DNA of 63,974 bases, the filler included, from Myxococcota bacterium (GTDB taxonomy: Bacteria; Myxococcota; Myxococcia; Myxococcales; Myxococcaceae): assembly GCA_049322255.1 (NCBI GenBank). It is 4 parts of 4 records of this genome, joined end to end, with 100 filler letters (N's around TTAATTAATTAA, not from the genome) between each part and the next. Parts side by side here need not be neighbours in the genome. Positions count along the whole stretch, not along the records: positions 1 to 19,455 come from JBMORE010000079.1; 3 more parts are not named here. The stretch is one strand, 5' to 3'. Position numbers and translations under genes: made by a program. Below the pieces are notes generated by a model. That model was not told the origin of the DNA. It saw only the letters and a list, made by a program, of their open reading frames with translations, and did no database searches. This document shows positions 9,838-19,329 of this stretch, in pieces; the first letter of the stretch is position 1; the number at the start of each line of letters is the position of its first letter.

Positions 9838-11685
9838 ATGCCCCAGGTTCGCCGCGACACCCGTTCACCCGCCTCCACCCCCGCGTCCGCGCGCCCCACT
9901 TCACACCCGGTGCGCTCGCGGCCAGGAGGCGGTCCCAAGCCCAAGCCTGCCGACCGTTACGAGAGCCAAGGCGCCGCCACCCGGGAGCCCAAGCTGTCGG
10001 TCGGTCGGGGAGGAGAGCTCTCGGTCAACGGCAAGAAGGGCAAGGAGGCGCTGGTCGAGGTGGCGCGGCTCATCGAGACGGGGGCAGCGCCTTTCCGTTC
10101 GATGCCCAGAGCGCTGCAAGAAAAGGTCTTCACCCACCTTGCCTCGGCGCTGAGCGCAGACGGGCAGACGGGCAAACCGACGGCGGCGAAGCTGCTCACC
10201 CGCTCGGCCGCTGCCACCGGTCTGCTCAGCCTCGCCGCCGCCGGCAGCTCCGAATTGCGGGCGCGCACGCTTGCCACCTACGTGGACGCGATGGGAAAGG
10301 AGCGCCACTTCCCTTTTCGCATGTCGATGATGGTCAACCTCGAGGCCTCGCGGCTGTCGCTGGTGGGAGAGGCGGGGGTGAAGGCGAAGCAGATACGGGA
10401 GGAGCTGCTTCCCTCCCGGCCTCCCTACGAGGAGTGGTTCAAGAACGGCAAGGACGTCCTCGAGGTGCGTCACTACGTGATGGACGACTTCTGGCGCGCC
10501 GAGCTCTCCGCCCACAAAGGGCGCGGTTTCACCATCGTTCGCCAGTCACCGGACGAGGTGGTGCTGGAGATGCAGTTGGTGGACCCTACGGGGGCGAACC
10601 CCCCGGTGCGCGCGCGGGTGACGATGGCCAAGACGCACGAAGACGTCTTCCGCGACATGAACGACCCCCAGGTGCACATGGTGGTCTACTCCGGCCACGC
10701 CCAGCTGGGAGGAGTCGCCGAGGCGTCGCTCGCCGCCGCGCCCAAGGAGATGAAGGGCACCAAGCTGGTGCAGATGTTTTCCTGCCGGGGCAAGCAGACC
10801 GCGGGCGAAATACTCGAACGTTTCCCACGGGCGCACCTGACGGCCACCGCGTCGAGCTCCTACGCCGACGACGACAAAGACGTGCTGAAGACGACCTTCG
10901 AGACCATCGCCCGGCGAGGGGATTACGCCTACCTCTACCGAAGCTTGTCGAGCGGGGACATGATTCAGCCGCGCAGCAACTACGTTCTTCCCCACGACGT
11001 GCGGATGCTCGCCAGCCGCGACACCGACAACGACGGCCTCAAAGACTTGACCCCGTTGGGGGCCGACCGCTTCTTCGACCCGGCGAGCGCCTTCGAGCGT
11101 GGCGGCAAGGTGGACTTGAAGGCGCGCGCCAACGGCAAGGCGCCGCAGGAAATCTCCGGGGAGAAGCTGGACCACGCGCTCTCCTACGCCAACACCGCCT
11201 TCTTCTACTTCGCCGAGGAGAACCGCGCCGCGCCGCTCTCGGTGGCCAAGAGCGACAAGTTCCTCACCGCGGGGTGGTTCCGCTCCGAGTCCGACGAGCC
11301 GGTGCGCATCGAGCCGGTGAAGAAGGACGGCAAGACCTACTACCAGGTGGCGGTGAACAGCCGTTATGCCGACCAGAGCCGCGAGGCGCTCACCGCGATG
11401 GTGCTCTACGAGCTGCAGCGCCATCTCTCTGGGGAGGACCACGGCGGCTTCACCGAGGCGGACAAGCTGCGCGGGTTGATGCTCGTGGGCAACTACGTCG
11501 ATCTCATGGTGCCTTACCTCGACGAGAGCGAAGCGGTGCTCGCCGGCTTCGCCCAGAAGTACGGCTTCACCAAGGTGAGCTACGACGTGATGTTCAAGGC
11601 CGGGCAACGCGACGGCCACGACGGAGTCGCCACCCAGAAGGCGATTGACTATCTTCGACGCCAGGGCGTGCGCGCACCGGCGTAG
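9838..11685 (+). CDS. Hypothetical protein with caspase/clan-CD-like His-Cys motif
   Basis: Long ORF with coding-like codon bias; VVYSGHAQLGG ... VQMFSCRG; DTDNDGLKD Ca-binding-like motif; disordered N-terminus. Confidence 0.6.
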   Translation: MPQVRRDTRSPASTPASARPTSHPVRSRPGGGPKPKPADRYESQGAATREPKLSVGRGGELSVNGKKGKEALVEVARLIETGAAPFRSMPRALQEKVFTHLASALSADGQTGKPTAAKLLTRSAAATGLLSLAAAGSSELRARTLATYVDAMGKERHFPFRMSMMVNLEASRLSLVGEAGVKAKQIREELLPSRPPYEEWFKNGKDVLEVRHYVMDDFWRAELSAHKGRGFTIVRQSPDEVVLEMQLVDPTGANPPVRARVTMAKTHEDVFRDMNDPQVHMVVYSGHAQLGGVAEASLAAAPKEMKGTKLVQMFSCRGKQTAGEILERFPRAHLTATASSSYADDDKDVLKTTFETIARRGDYAYLYRSLSSGDMIQPRSNYVLPHDVRMLASRDTDNDGLKDLTPLGADRFFDPASAFERGGKVDLKARANGKAPQEISGEKLDHALSYANTAFFYFAEENRAAPLSVAKSDKFLTAGWFRSESDEPVRIEPVKKDGKTYYQVAVNSRYADQSREALTAMVLYELQRHLSGEDHGGFTEADKLRGLMLVGNYVDLMVPYLDESEAVLAGFAQKYGFTKVSYDVMFKAGQRDGHDGVATQKAIDYLRRQGVRAPA

Positions 11686-11790
11686 GGAAGGCCTGTCATG
11701 GCCATTGGAGAGAAGTTTTTCGGCCGCCGCGTTGGGAGGAGTTGACAAACATCAAGGCGCAGCTGGCGACGGCCTCTCATGGTGCGGGGC

Positions 11791-12483
11791 ATGTCCATTC
11801 CGCTCGAGACGGTGGTGCGCTGGTCGGCGCTGGCGGCCTGCACGGCGGTGCTGGCGATGATCGGCATCTTTCTGGCCTTGGGCGTGGGGCAAGACCCGCT
11901 CCAGTTCATGCACCCGCCGGAGGAGTACGCTCGGCTGCTTTTGGCGAACCCAGCCGCGCTGCGTGCCACCATCGGCCTCGACAACATGTTCGTGGTCCTC
12001 TACGCGACCCTGTTCCTCGCGGTGGGAACGTTGCTGGCGCGCGCCGGGGCGCCCCTCGGGTTGGTGTGGGTAGCGGTGGGGCTGCTGGAGGCAGTGGCGC
12101 TGCTCGATTTCGCCGAGAACTTCCACTTCCTGGTGATGTTGGCGCGGGCCGAGCAGGGCCAGCTGCCCGCGCAGGCGGAGATCGGCCTGCAGGTGTTCGA
12201 GAGCCTCCTCAAATTCCACGTGAGCTACCTGGGGCTGTTCCTGCTCGGCTTGGCGCTTCCGCGGCGCACGTTGCGCGAGCGGGCGCTCTCGAACCTCGCG
12301 CTGTTCGTGCAGGTACCGGTGGGGGTGTCGATCTACGTGATGCCGCGCGCGGTGGCGGAGCCGCTGGTGTTCGCCCGGTTCACGTTCTTCGTGGCGTCGC
12401 TGGTTCTCATCGCCGGGATTTTCGGACGTGCGCGGCAGGAGCAGCCGGCGCTCGCCGCAGCCGGCTCAGATGCTCGGGCGTGA
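11791..12483 (+). CDS. Multi-pass membrane protein (DUF4386-like)
   Basis: About 6 hydrophobic segments; LDNMFVVLY and LLDFAEN motifs. Confidence 0.65.
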   Translation: MSIPLETVVRWSALAACTAVLAMIGIFLALGVGQDPLQFMHPPEEYARLLLANPAALRATIGLDNMFVVLYATLFLAVGTLLARAGAPLGLVWVAVGLLEAVALLDFAENFHFLVMLARAEQGQLPAQAEIGLQVFESLLKFHVSYLGLFLLGLALPRRTLRERALSNLALFVQVPVGVSIYVMPRAVAEPLVFARFTFFVASLVLIAGIFGRARQEQPALAAAGSDARA

Positions 12484-13024
12484 TCCCCAGGTACGAGGCC
12501 AGGTGGCGGCGCGAGACGCGGCCGTCCAGCGTGGCCTCCTCGCGACACCAGCGGGCGTAGCGCGCCGCGGCTCCCAGGGCCAGCAACTCATACTCGCGCC
12601 GCGCCTTGCGCACGTAGAGGGATTCGGCCAGCCGGCGCGCAAACGTGTCGAGATCGCGGTGGCGGGCGCAGAGCGCGTCGAAGTCGGCGTAGCGCCAGCG
12701 GAGGGTGGTCGTAGGCTCCAGCGCTTGGATCCAGGTCACCGCCGGGCCTGAGGACAGCAGGTCGAGGAGCGAGCCAGTGACCGCGCCCTCCGCGAGGAAG
12801 CAGCGCGTGTGCTCCACGCCGTCATCGTCGACGTAGAGCTCGCGGACCAGGCCCGAGATCACCAGGTGGCACCATTCGGCGCGGTCTCCCGCGCGGAGGA
12901 GCCAGGCGTCGCGCGGGAAGGTGGCGCGGGTAACGAGCGCGGCGATGGCGCGGACAGCGTCGTCACTCGCCGGGATGACGCGAGGGAGGACCTGGGCGAG
13001 CTGTGCCAGGAACGGTGCGTCCAT
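12407..13024 (-). CDS. Crp/Fnr family transcriptional regulator
   Basis: cNMP-binding domain (LLRAGD, GLVRELY, IQALEPT) and C-terminal HTH LASYLGITPEHLSRLR. Confidence 0.9.
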   Translation of the reverse strand: MDAPFLAQLAQVLPRVIPASDDAVRAIAALVTRATFPRDAWLLRAGDRAEWCHLVISGLVRELYVDDDGVEHTRCFLAEGAVTGSLLDLLSSGPAVTWIQALEPTTTLRWRYADFDALCARHRDLDTFARRLAESLYVRKARREYELLALGAAARYARWCREEATLDGRVSRRHLASYLGITPEHLSRLRRAPAAPAAHVRKSRR

Positions 13025-13153
13025 TCGAGACGACGATAGCGCCCCATCATTCCTTCGGCGATGTCCGCGGTGATTTCGCTGAGTTTCACATGTGTGCAGT
13101 GGCGTCGAAGAGCGCTGTTTTCTGCTTTTTCCGGCCGCGGTGTCTTAAGTCGC

Positions 13154-14074
13154 ATGCGCCGAATTGTTCTGCTCGCAGTCGTGCTCCTGGTGGCTTGTGG
13201 TGTTCCCCAAGCGACACCCTGTGTGCTCGATGCGGGCCATGGGCACCCACAGAGTGTCGATGCTTCCGTTGACGCGGACACAGACGCGGGCCTCGACGAG
13301 GATGCCGAGCTGATGTTGGCGTTTGGCGATGCATCAGCGGTGCTGTGGGTGGGCGCGCATCCTGACGATGAGCTCGTCGTCGCGCCGCTGCTTGAGGCAC
13401 TCTGTCGCCGCGGTGGAAAGAGCTGCGAGCTGCTGGTGTTGACGAATGGCGGCAAGGGCCGCTGCTTGCTCCCGAGCGGCTGTCTTCCGGACATCGTCAC
13501 AACGCGACGTGCGGAGCTTGAAGCCTCGGCCGCATACTTCGACGCAGGGCTGACCCGGTGGGAGCTCGAGGACAGTCCCGCGGGCTCCGTGGCGGGTGTA
13601 TTGACGGCCTGGAATGCCAGCGATGGCGGAGTGGATCTCGTCACGAAGATGAGCGAAGCGCTCGGCAAGTTGCCACCGGGGGCCCTGGTGCTGACGTTCG
13701 ACCCACGCCATGGCAGCACCTGTCACGCGGACCATCGCACCGCGGCCACCATCGCCGTGCTCGCAGCGCAACGCATCGGGTTTCCCCTGTCGAACGTCGT
13801 GATGAGCGAGGTGCGTTTCGTCGAGGGCCGCGAGCCCGACGGAACGCACTGGGCCGGGTGGACGACCGCCGTGCCCGCCGACGCGACGCAGCAACTCTTC
13901 GCCGCTGGCGCGAACTGGAGGGGGGTGGGTGCCGTACTGGTGCGTCACCCAAGCCAGTTTTCTCCTGACGTTCGCGCGACCTTCGACGTCGCCCCTGGAC
14001 CGCTGCGTGTTCAGCCGGTACTGCGGGCGTCGAACGCGCTGCAGAACGATGCGCGTTACGAGCTGTGCCCGTGA
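13154..14074 (+). CDS. PIG-L family deacetylase lipoprotein
   Basis: Lipobox LLVAC; AHPDDE, LTNGG, RRAEL, HADH motifs. Confidence 0.85.
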   Translation: MRRIVLLAVVLLVACGVPQATPCVLDAGHGHPQSVDASVDADTDAGLDEDAELMLAFGDASAVLWVGAHPDDELVVAPLLEALCRRGGKSCELLVLTNGGKGRCLLPSGCLPDIVTTRRAELEASAAYFDAGLTRWELEDSPAGSVAGVLTAWNASDGGVDLVTKMSEALGKLPPGALVLTFDPRHGSTCHADHRTAATIAVLAAQRIGFPLSNVVMSEVRFVEGREPDGTHWAGWTTAVPADATQQLFAAGANWRGVGAVLVRHPSQFSPDVRATFDVAPGPLRVQPVLRASNALQNDARYELCP

Positions 14075-14086
14075 CGGTAAGCCCGC

Positions 14087-15634
14087 CTACTCGGCCGCGC
14101 CCCGCACTTCGATGAGCTTGCGACCGCTCAACCGGTGGAGGACCTGGAGGATGTCGTCCGCTGCCAGCCTCCCCCGCGCGGCGCGAACGATTTGCACCAA
14201 GGTGTTGTTCGTCTCCAGCCACGAGGAGACGAGCATCTCGTTGGTCTCGGTCGGCATGGACAGGTGGAACTTCGGGGTAAGCACCAGCTGGGCGCCCGCT
14301 TTGACCAGCTGGGCGAACTGCTCGTAGGAAAGCGCCACTACCGGCTCCGACCGTTGGGCGGGAACGGGGAGATCGTCGAAGGCTTCTTCGAAAGCGGAAG
14401 GTTCGGGCGGAGGGGCGGACGGCGGCGGCTCCCCCTCCGCCTCAGGGGCGGGATCGATATCGATGTCGATGGACTCTTCGCTCGCCGATATCTCCTGGGC
14501 TGACTCTTGCTCTGGCTCGGCGCCGGCCGGATCGGGGTCGCTCGGAGCTTCAGGAAGCGGTTCCTCCTCCTCTTGCTCGTTTTGGCCCTCATCGGCCACC
14601 ATGACGACGTCGTCGTCCGTCTTTTTGGAGACGAGGCTGAGCAGCCTGCGCAGGTCGCGTTCCTTGGCCCGCGAACGCTCGAGCTGGTCCTTCGCCTCCA
14701 AGAGCTGCCGCTCCAGGCGCGCTCCCCGCTCCTTCTCGACCTGGAACTGCTCGGTGTCGAGGTGCTCTTTCTGGGAAAGCTGCGCGCGCAGTTGCTGGAT
14801 GACCCGCTGGGCCTCTTGGAATTCCGACGCGAGCGCGGCACTGGTCTCCTTCTCGCGCTCGAGCGTCGCCTGCGCCTCGGACAGTTGCATTCGAAGCTCA
14901 GCCAGGGAGCTCTGCGCTTCTTTGTGTAGGCTCGCCTCCTTCTTCACAGAGGCCTCGACGGCGGCCAACTTGGTGGCGAGCTGCTCGGCGAGCTGGCGGC
15001 TGTCCGCCTCGTCTTGCTCCACCACCGCGACTTGGGCCTGAACCGCTTCGAGGGCCCCGCGCGCCTCGGCGAGCTCGAGCCGCAGCGTCTCCACCTGACG
15101 GCGTAGGTCCGCGGTCTCCGTCGAATCGACGTTGGAGCTGTCCTGGGTACGGAGCGCGGCCAGCTGCCTTTGAGCATCCTCGAGCGACAAGTCGCGTGAG
15201 CGCAGCTGCTCGCGGCAGTGGTCGAGCTCGAGCAGCACCCCCTTCAGCTGAGTGCGCAAGCGAATGATGTCGTCGGTCTCCACGGCGGAAGAAGTTTCGG
15301 TGTACTCGCGCAACAGCTCCGCCAGCCGTTCCGCCGTGGGAGGGGAGAGGTTTTCGAAGCGCACGGCCATTCCCGGGCCGCGGCTCATCTCGCTGTCTGT
15401 CTCCACCCCGGAGCGAACGACCCGCCCGGTGAGCACCAGCGCCTGTTCCCAGCCGGGAGGAATGAGCTCGAGGGCCACCTCCTCTCCCTCGGGCAAGGGC
15501 TTGTCGGTGCGCACGTACAGCCCGCCTTGCGAGAGGTCGCGCAGGTAGTTGTTCTTCATCGAGGCCTGATTGGCGACGCGCACGATGATTTTTTTGGGGC
15601 GCACGCGGGGATGTTGTCGCTTGACCTCGGGCAT
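14087..15634 (-). CDS. TIGR02266-type PilZ domain protein with long coiled coil and acidic region
   Basis: RQHPR and DLSQGGLYVRT c-di-GMP motifs, PGMAVRF; heptad-rich middle. Confidence 0.85.
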   Translation of the reverse strand: MPEVKRQHPRVRPKKIIVRVANQASMKNNYLRDLSQGGLYVRTDKPLPEGEEVALELIPPGWEQALVLTGRVVRSGVETDSEMSRGPGMAVRFENLSPPTAERLAELLREYTETSSAVETDDIIRLRTQLKGVLLELDHCREQLRSRDLSLEDAQRQLAALRTQDSSNVDSTETADLRRQVETLRLELAEARGALEAVQAQVAVVEQDEADSRQLAEQLATKLAAVEASVKKEASLHKEAQSSLAELRMQLSEAQATLEREKETSAALASEFQEAQRVIQQLRAQLSQKEHLDTEQFQVEKERGARLERQLLEAKDQLERSRAKERDLRRLLSLVSKKTDDDVVMVADEGQNEQEEEEPLPEAPSDPDPAGAEPEQESAQEISASEESIDIDIDPAPEAEGEPPPSAPPPEPSAFEEAFDDLPVPAQRSEPVVALSYEQFAQLVKAGAQLVLTPKFHLSMPTETNEMLVSSWLETNNTLVQIVRAARGRLAADDILQVLHRLSGRKLIEVRGAAE

Positions 15635-15730
15635 GGTTCCTCGGGGGAAGGGGTCAGGAGCGGAGGGAGGAAACCCTGTCGGTGACCAGTGTGCAAGAGG
15701 CACCTTTTTCGAGTAGGGAAAGCGTCGGCG

Positions 15731-16684
15731 ATGTCGATCTCCTCCCCGCGAGCGTTCCGTGCCTTCTGTTGGGGCACCTTGGGCTACATGCTGGGGGTGA
15801 TTGCCTGGGGAGCGTTCGTGCGCGCGACCGGCTCGGGAGCAGGGTGCGGAGACCATTGGCCCACCTGCAACGGCGAGCTTCTTCCCCGCGCGCCGTCGCA
15901 ACAGACGCTCATCGAGCTCATCCACCGGCTGACCAGCGGGCTGGCCGGCCTGTTGGTGCTGGGTCAGCTCGTGTGGGCCTTCGTCGCTTTTCCCCGCCGC
16001 CACCCGGTGCGAGGCGCGGTGGTCGCCTCGATGATGTTCCTTTTGCTTGAGGCAGGGCTGGGAGCGGGGCTGGTGCTCTTCGAGTGGGTTGCCCACGATG
16101 TTTCTACGGGCCGGGCGATGGCGATGAGCGTTCACCTGGTCAACACCTTCCTCTTCTTGGGGACGCTGACCTGGGTGTGCTTCCACGCGCGGGAAGGAGC
16201 CGAGCCACTCCCACGCCCCCTGCGTGCGGGGCAGCTCTCGTGGGTGGCCTTGGCGCTGGGTGGAGTCTTGTTGACCGGGGTGAGCGGAGCGGTGGCCGCG
16301 CTGGGCGACACCCTCTTGCAGGTGTCCGTGCCCCAGGGCGCGGTCAGTCTTCAACGCTCGCCGCTATTGGGGGTCTTGCTCCAACTGCGCCTGCTCCACC
16401 CGGTGCTCGCCGTTGCCGCGGCGGCGGTGGTGCTGGCGGCGGCCGGCCGGCTGGCGAGCCTCCACCGCCCTCTCGCAGGTGCGTTGGCGGCGCTGGTCCC
16501 GGTGCAGCTGGGGGCCGGAGTGCTCAACGTGGTGCTGAAGGCCCCAGTGTGGATGCAGCTTTCCCACCTGCTCATTGCCGACGTGATGTGGATACTGCTC
16601 GTGTGGCTCGGTCTGCACCAGTTGGCGCTTCCCGCCGAGGGGCGGATGGAGGAAACGCCGTCACCAGCGAGGTTGGCGTCATGA
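15731..16684 (+). CDS. ctaA: COX15/CtaA heme A synthase family protein
   Basis: GAFVRATGSGAGCGDHWPTCNG, IELIHR, multiple TM His residues. Confidence 0.85.
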   Translation: MSISSPRAFRAFCWGTLGYMLGVIAWGAFVRATGSGAGCGDHWPTCNGELLPRAPSQQTLIELIHRLTSGLAGLLVLGQLVWAFVAFPRRHPVRGAVVASMMFLLLEAGLGAGLVLFEWVAHDVSTGRAMAMSVHLVNTFLFLGTLTWVCFHAREGAEPLPRPLRAGQLSWVALALGGVLLTGVSGAVAALGDTLLQVSVPQGAVSLQRSPLLGVLLQLRLLHPVLAVAAAAVVLAAAGRLASLHRPLAGALAALVPVQLGAGVLNVVLKAPVWMQLSHLLIADVMWILLVWLGLHQLALPAEGRMEETPSPARLAS

Positions 16685-17679
16685 GCGTCTTTTCTACTCG
16701 GCCGCTCGGCACTCCCTGGGCGACCACCGACCCGTTCCTCTTTTGCATGCACCACCGCGACGCCTACCCGCCCGGCAACGAGCGCATGGGGCCGGCGGCG
16801 ACGCTCGAGGGCAGAGACTTAGGCCAGGACTTCAGCGGCAAGGACGGCTGGAGCATGTACCACGGGCGAGTGGTGCCCGGGTTTCCCCAGCACCCCCATC
16901 GGGGCTTCGAGACGGTGACCATCGCTCGCAGCGGGTACATCGACCACTCCGACTCGTTGGGCGCGGCCGCCCGTCTGGGTGAAGGGGACGTGCAGTGGAT
17001 CACCGCCGGCGCGGGCATCGTCCACTCGGAGATGTTCCCGCTCTTGCGACTCGATTCGCCCAACCCGGTGGAGCTGTTTCAAATCTGGCTCAACCTCCCC
17101 GGGGAGAAGAAGCTGGTGGAGCCGCGTTTCCGAATGCTGTGGAGCGAGGAGCTGCCGCGCCTCTCCTTCGACGGCGCCGAGGTGAGGGTGGTGGCCGGCG
17201 AGCTCGCGGGTCAGCGGCCGCCGCCTCCGCCACCCGACTCGTGGGCCGCGCAGAAGGACACCGACGTGGCCATCTGGTGCGTTCGGCTGCAGCCCAAGGC
17301 GCGCTGGGAGCTGCCGCCCGCCGCCAACTCCTCCACGGTGCGCACCCTCTACTTCTTCCGCGGGCCGTCGTTGCGCGTCGCCGACGTCGACTTGCCCGGG
17401 CACTGCGCAGCGGTGGTGCGAAGCGACACCGCGCTGGCGCTGCACGCGGGGGACGCGGAGTGCGAGGTCCTGCTCTTGCAAGGGCGCCCCATCGGTCAGC
17501 CGGTGGCGCAGTACGGGCCGTTCGTCATGAGCTCGGAGGCGGAGCTTCGCCGCGCGATGCTCGACTACCAGCGTACCCACTTCGGCGGGTGGCCGTGGGC
17601 GAGCGATGATCCGGTACACGGACGCAAGGAGGGCCGCTTCGCCCAGCACGCCGACGGTCGCGTCGAGCGCAAGCGATGA
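16681..17679 (+). CDS. Pirin family protein
   Basis: GFPQHPHRGFETVT, HSDSLG, VQWITAGAGIVHSE, QYGPFVM. Confidence 0.95.
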   Translation: MSVFSTRPLGTPWATTDPFLFCMHHRDAYPPGNERMGPAATLEGRDLGQDFSGKDGWSMYHGRVVPGFPQHPHRGFETVTIARSGYIDHSDSLGAAARLGEGDVQWITAGAGIVHSEMFPLLRLDSPNPVELFQIWLNLPGEKKLVEPRFRMLWSEELPRLSFDGAEVRVVAGELAGQRPPPPPPDSWAAQKDTDVAIWCVRLQPKARWELPPAANSSTVRTLYFFRGPSLRVADVDLPGHCAAVVRSDTALALHAGDAECEVLLLQGRPIGQPVAQYGPFVMSSEAELRRAMLDYQRTHFGGWPWASDDPVHGRKEGRFAQHADGRVERKR

Positions 17680-17704
17680 CCAGTGCTAGGCTTTGCGTGA
17701 GCCA

Positions 17705-19321
17705 ATGACCAAGAAAGTCGAACGCCTCGTTCCCGCTTCGCCCAAGGCCGTATCCGCCAAGGGCGGCGGCCCAGCTCGCGCCGAGCCGGCCCTTTCGCCG
17801 GAGCAGCGCCTGTGGGGAGATCGAACGACCAAGGCCTCCGATGGTTTCGTCGGCGCCCGGACGAGCCCGGTGGCTCCCCAGACCTCCAGCGCTCGCCAGG
17901 AGATTGAGCGCGCCCTCCGGTTCAGAGGTAACTCCCTCACCGGCCTGAGCGACCTCGTGCTCGCGCAAGCCACCCGGGAGGAGAAGGTCGAGCTGCTCAA
18001 GGCGCTGGCCAGCGAGCTGAGAATGCAGGGCAAGCCCCAGCAAGACACCCTGCGTACCTTTCAGCGCCAGGAGGCGGTTCGCAGAGTCTTGTCCTCGGCG
18101 CCAGACGCGGGAGCCTTCGACTACCTCTACTTCCGCATGCCAATGGCGCTCCGCTCGGTGTCTGGAGTCGAGAAGCTCGCGGTCAAGCACCGCGCCTCCG
18201 CCAAGCCGGGGGACTGGGCCGGCTACGAAGGTTATTTGGAGAAGGCCACCGGCACCCCCAGCGCGGGGAAGAACCAGGTGGAGTACCTCATCGACGGCGC
18301 TGAATTCCTCCCCCAGCTCGAAAAAGCCATCGCCGAGTCCAAGCACTCCATTCACTTTTGGATGTACCAGTGGCAGCCCGACGAGGTGGGGTGGGACTTG
18401 GCCAAAAAGCTCGCCGCCAAGGTGAAGGAGGGGGTGGCGGTGCGGGTGCTCATCGACGAGCAGGGCACCAGCTGGGACGACAAGGAGAAGGTCGAGAAGC
18501 TCCTTGCCTTCATGCGCTCCTCGGGCATCGAGCTGGTGGTCAACCCTTCTCCCTTGATGCGCAACCACCTCGACCATCGCAAGGTGCTCATCTTCGACGG
18601 CAAGGTGGGTTTCACCGGAGGGATGAACCTGGGGAGCTCTTACCTGAAGGACTGGCACGACGATCAGGCGCGCATCGAGGGCCCCGCGGTGGGTCAGCTC
18701 CAGGAGAAGTTCGTCGCCCAGTGGGAGGCGGAGAGCAAAAAACGCGTCGATCGCGACGGGCTCTTTCCCCCGCTCAAGGAGGCTCCCAACGGGGTGAAGA
18801 CCTGGGTGGTGAACCACGCGGGGAAGTTCGCCGACCAGAACATGAAGGCCGCATACTTGCGGGCCATCGCCACCGCGAAGAGCTCGATTCGCATCGCCAA
18901 CGCCTACTTCGCTGACAAGGAGGTGGTGAAGGCGCTCGCTGCCGCCGCCCAGCGCGGGGTGAAGGTGCAGCTGGTCTTGCCCCGGGAGAACCACGACGTC
19001 CCCATTCTCAAGCGCGCCGCGCGCTCCTTCTATCCCGAGCTGATCGCCGCCGGCGTCGAAGTGTACGAGTACACGGGGAGGATGGCGCACCAGAAGGCGG
19101 CGGTCATCGACAGCCAGTGGGCGACCTTCGGCTCCTCCAACCTCGATGCGCGCAGCCTCGCCTACAACGATGAGCTCAACGCGGTGATCCTCGACCGGAG
19201 ATTCGCCGAGGACATGGAGCGCCGGCTCTTCGAGGTGGATTTGAAGCAGAGCGAGCGCATCACCCAGCACGACGTCACCGCCAAGGAGCGCTTGGCTCGC
19301 CTGATGGCCGGCTGGCTGTAG
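17705..19321 (+). CDS. Phospholipase D / cardiolipin-synthase-like protein without TM anchor
   Basis: Two HKD motifs (HRKVLIFD..GGMN; HQKAAVID..GSSNLD); disordered N-terminal extension. Confidence 0.9.
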   Translation: MTKKVERLVPASPKAVSAKGGGPARAEPALSPEQRLWGDRTTKASDGFVGARTSPVAPQTSSARQEIERALRFRGNSLTGLSDLVLAQATREEKVELLKALASELRMQGKPQQDTLRTFQRQEAVRRVLSSAPDAGAFDYLYFRMPMALRSVSGVEKLAVKHRASAKPGDWAGYEGYLEKATGTPSAGKNQVEYLIDGAEFLPQLEKAIAESKHSIHFWMYQWQPDEVGWDLAKKLAAKVKEGVAVRVLIDEQGTSWDDKEKVEKLLAFMRSSGIELVVNPSPLMRNHLDHRKVLIFDGKVGFTGGMNLGSSYLKDWHDDQARIEGPAVGQLQEKFVAQWEAESKKRVDRDGLFPPLKEAPNGVKTWVVNHAGKFADQNMKAAYLRAIATAKSSIRIANAYFADKEVVKALAAAAQRGVKVQLVLPRENHDVPILKRAARSFYPELIAAGVEVYEYTGRMAHQKAAVIDSQWATFGSSNLDARSLAYNDELNAVILDRRFAEDMERRLFEVDLKQSERITQHDVTAKERLARLMAGWL

Positions 19322-19329
19322 GCGCGCAT

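Noticed and set aside
14087..16354. Extended ORF-track starts (755-aa PilZ, 636-aa SBP at 44576-46486, 531-aa pirin at 16084)
   Set aside because: Extensions overlap well-supported genes (ctaA, DUF422-like); the true starts are internal
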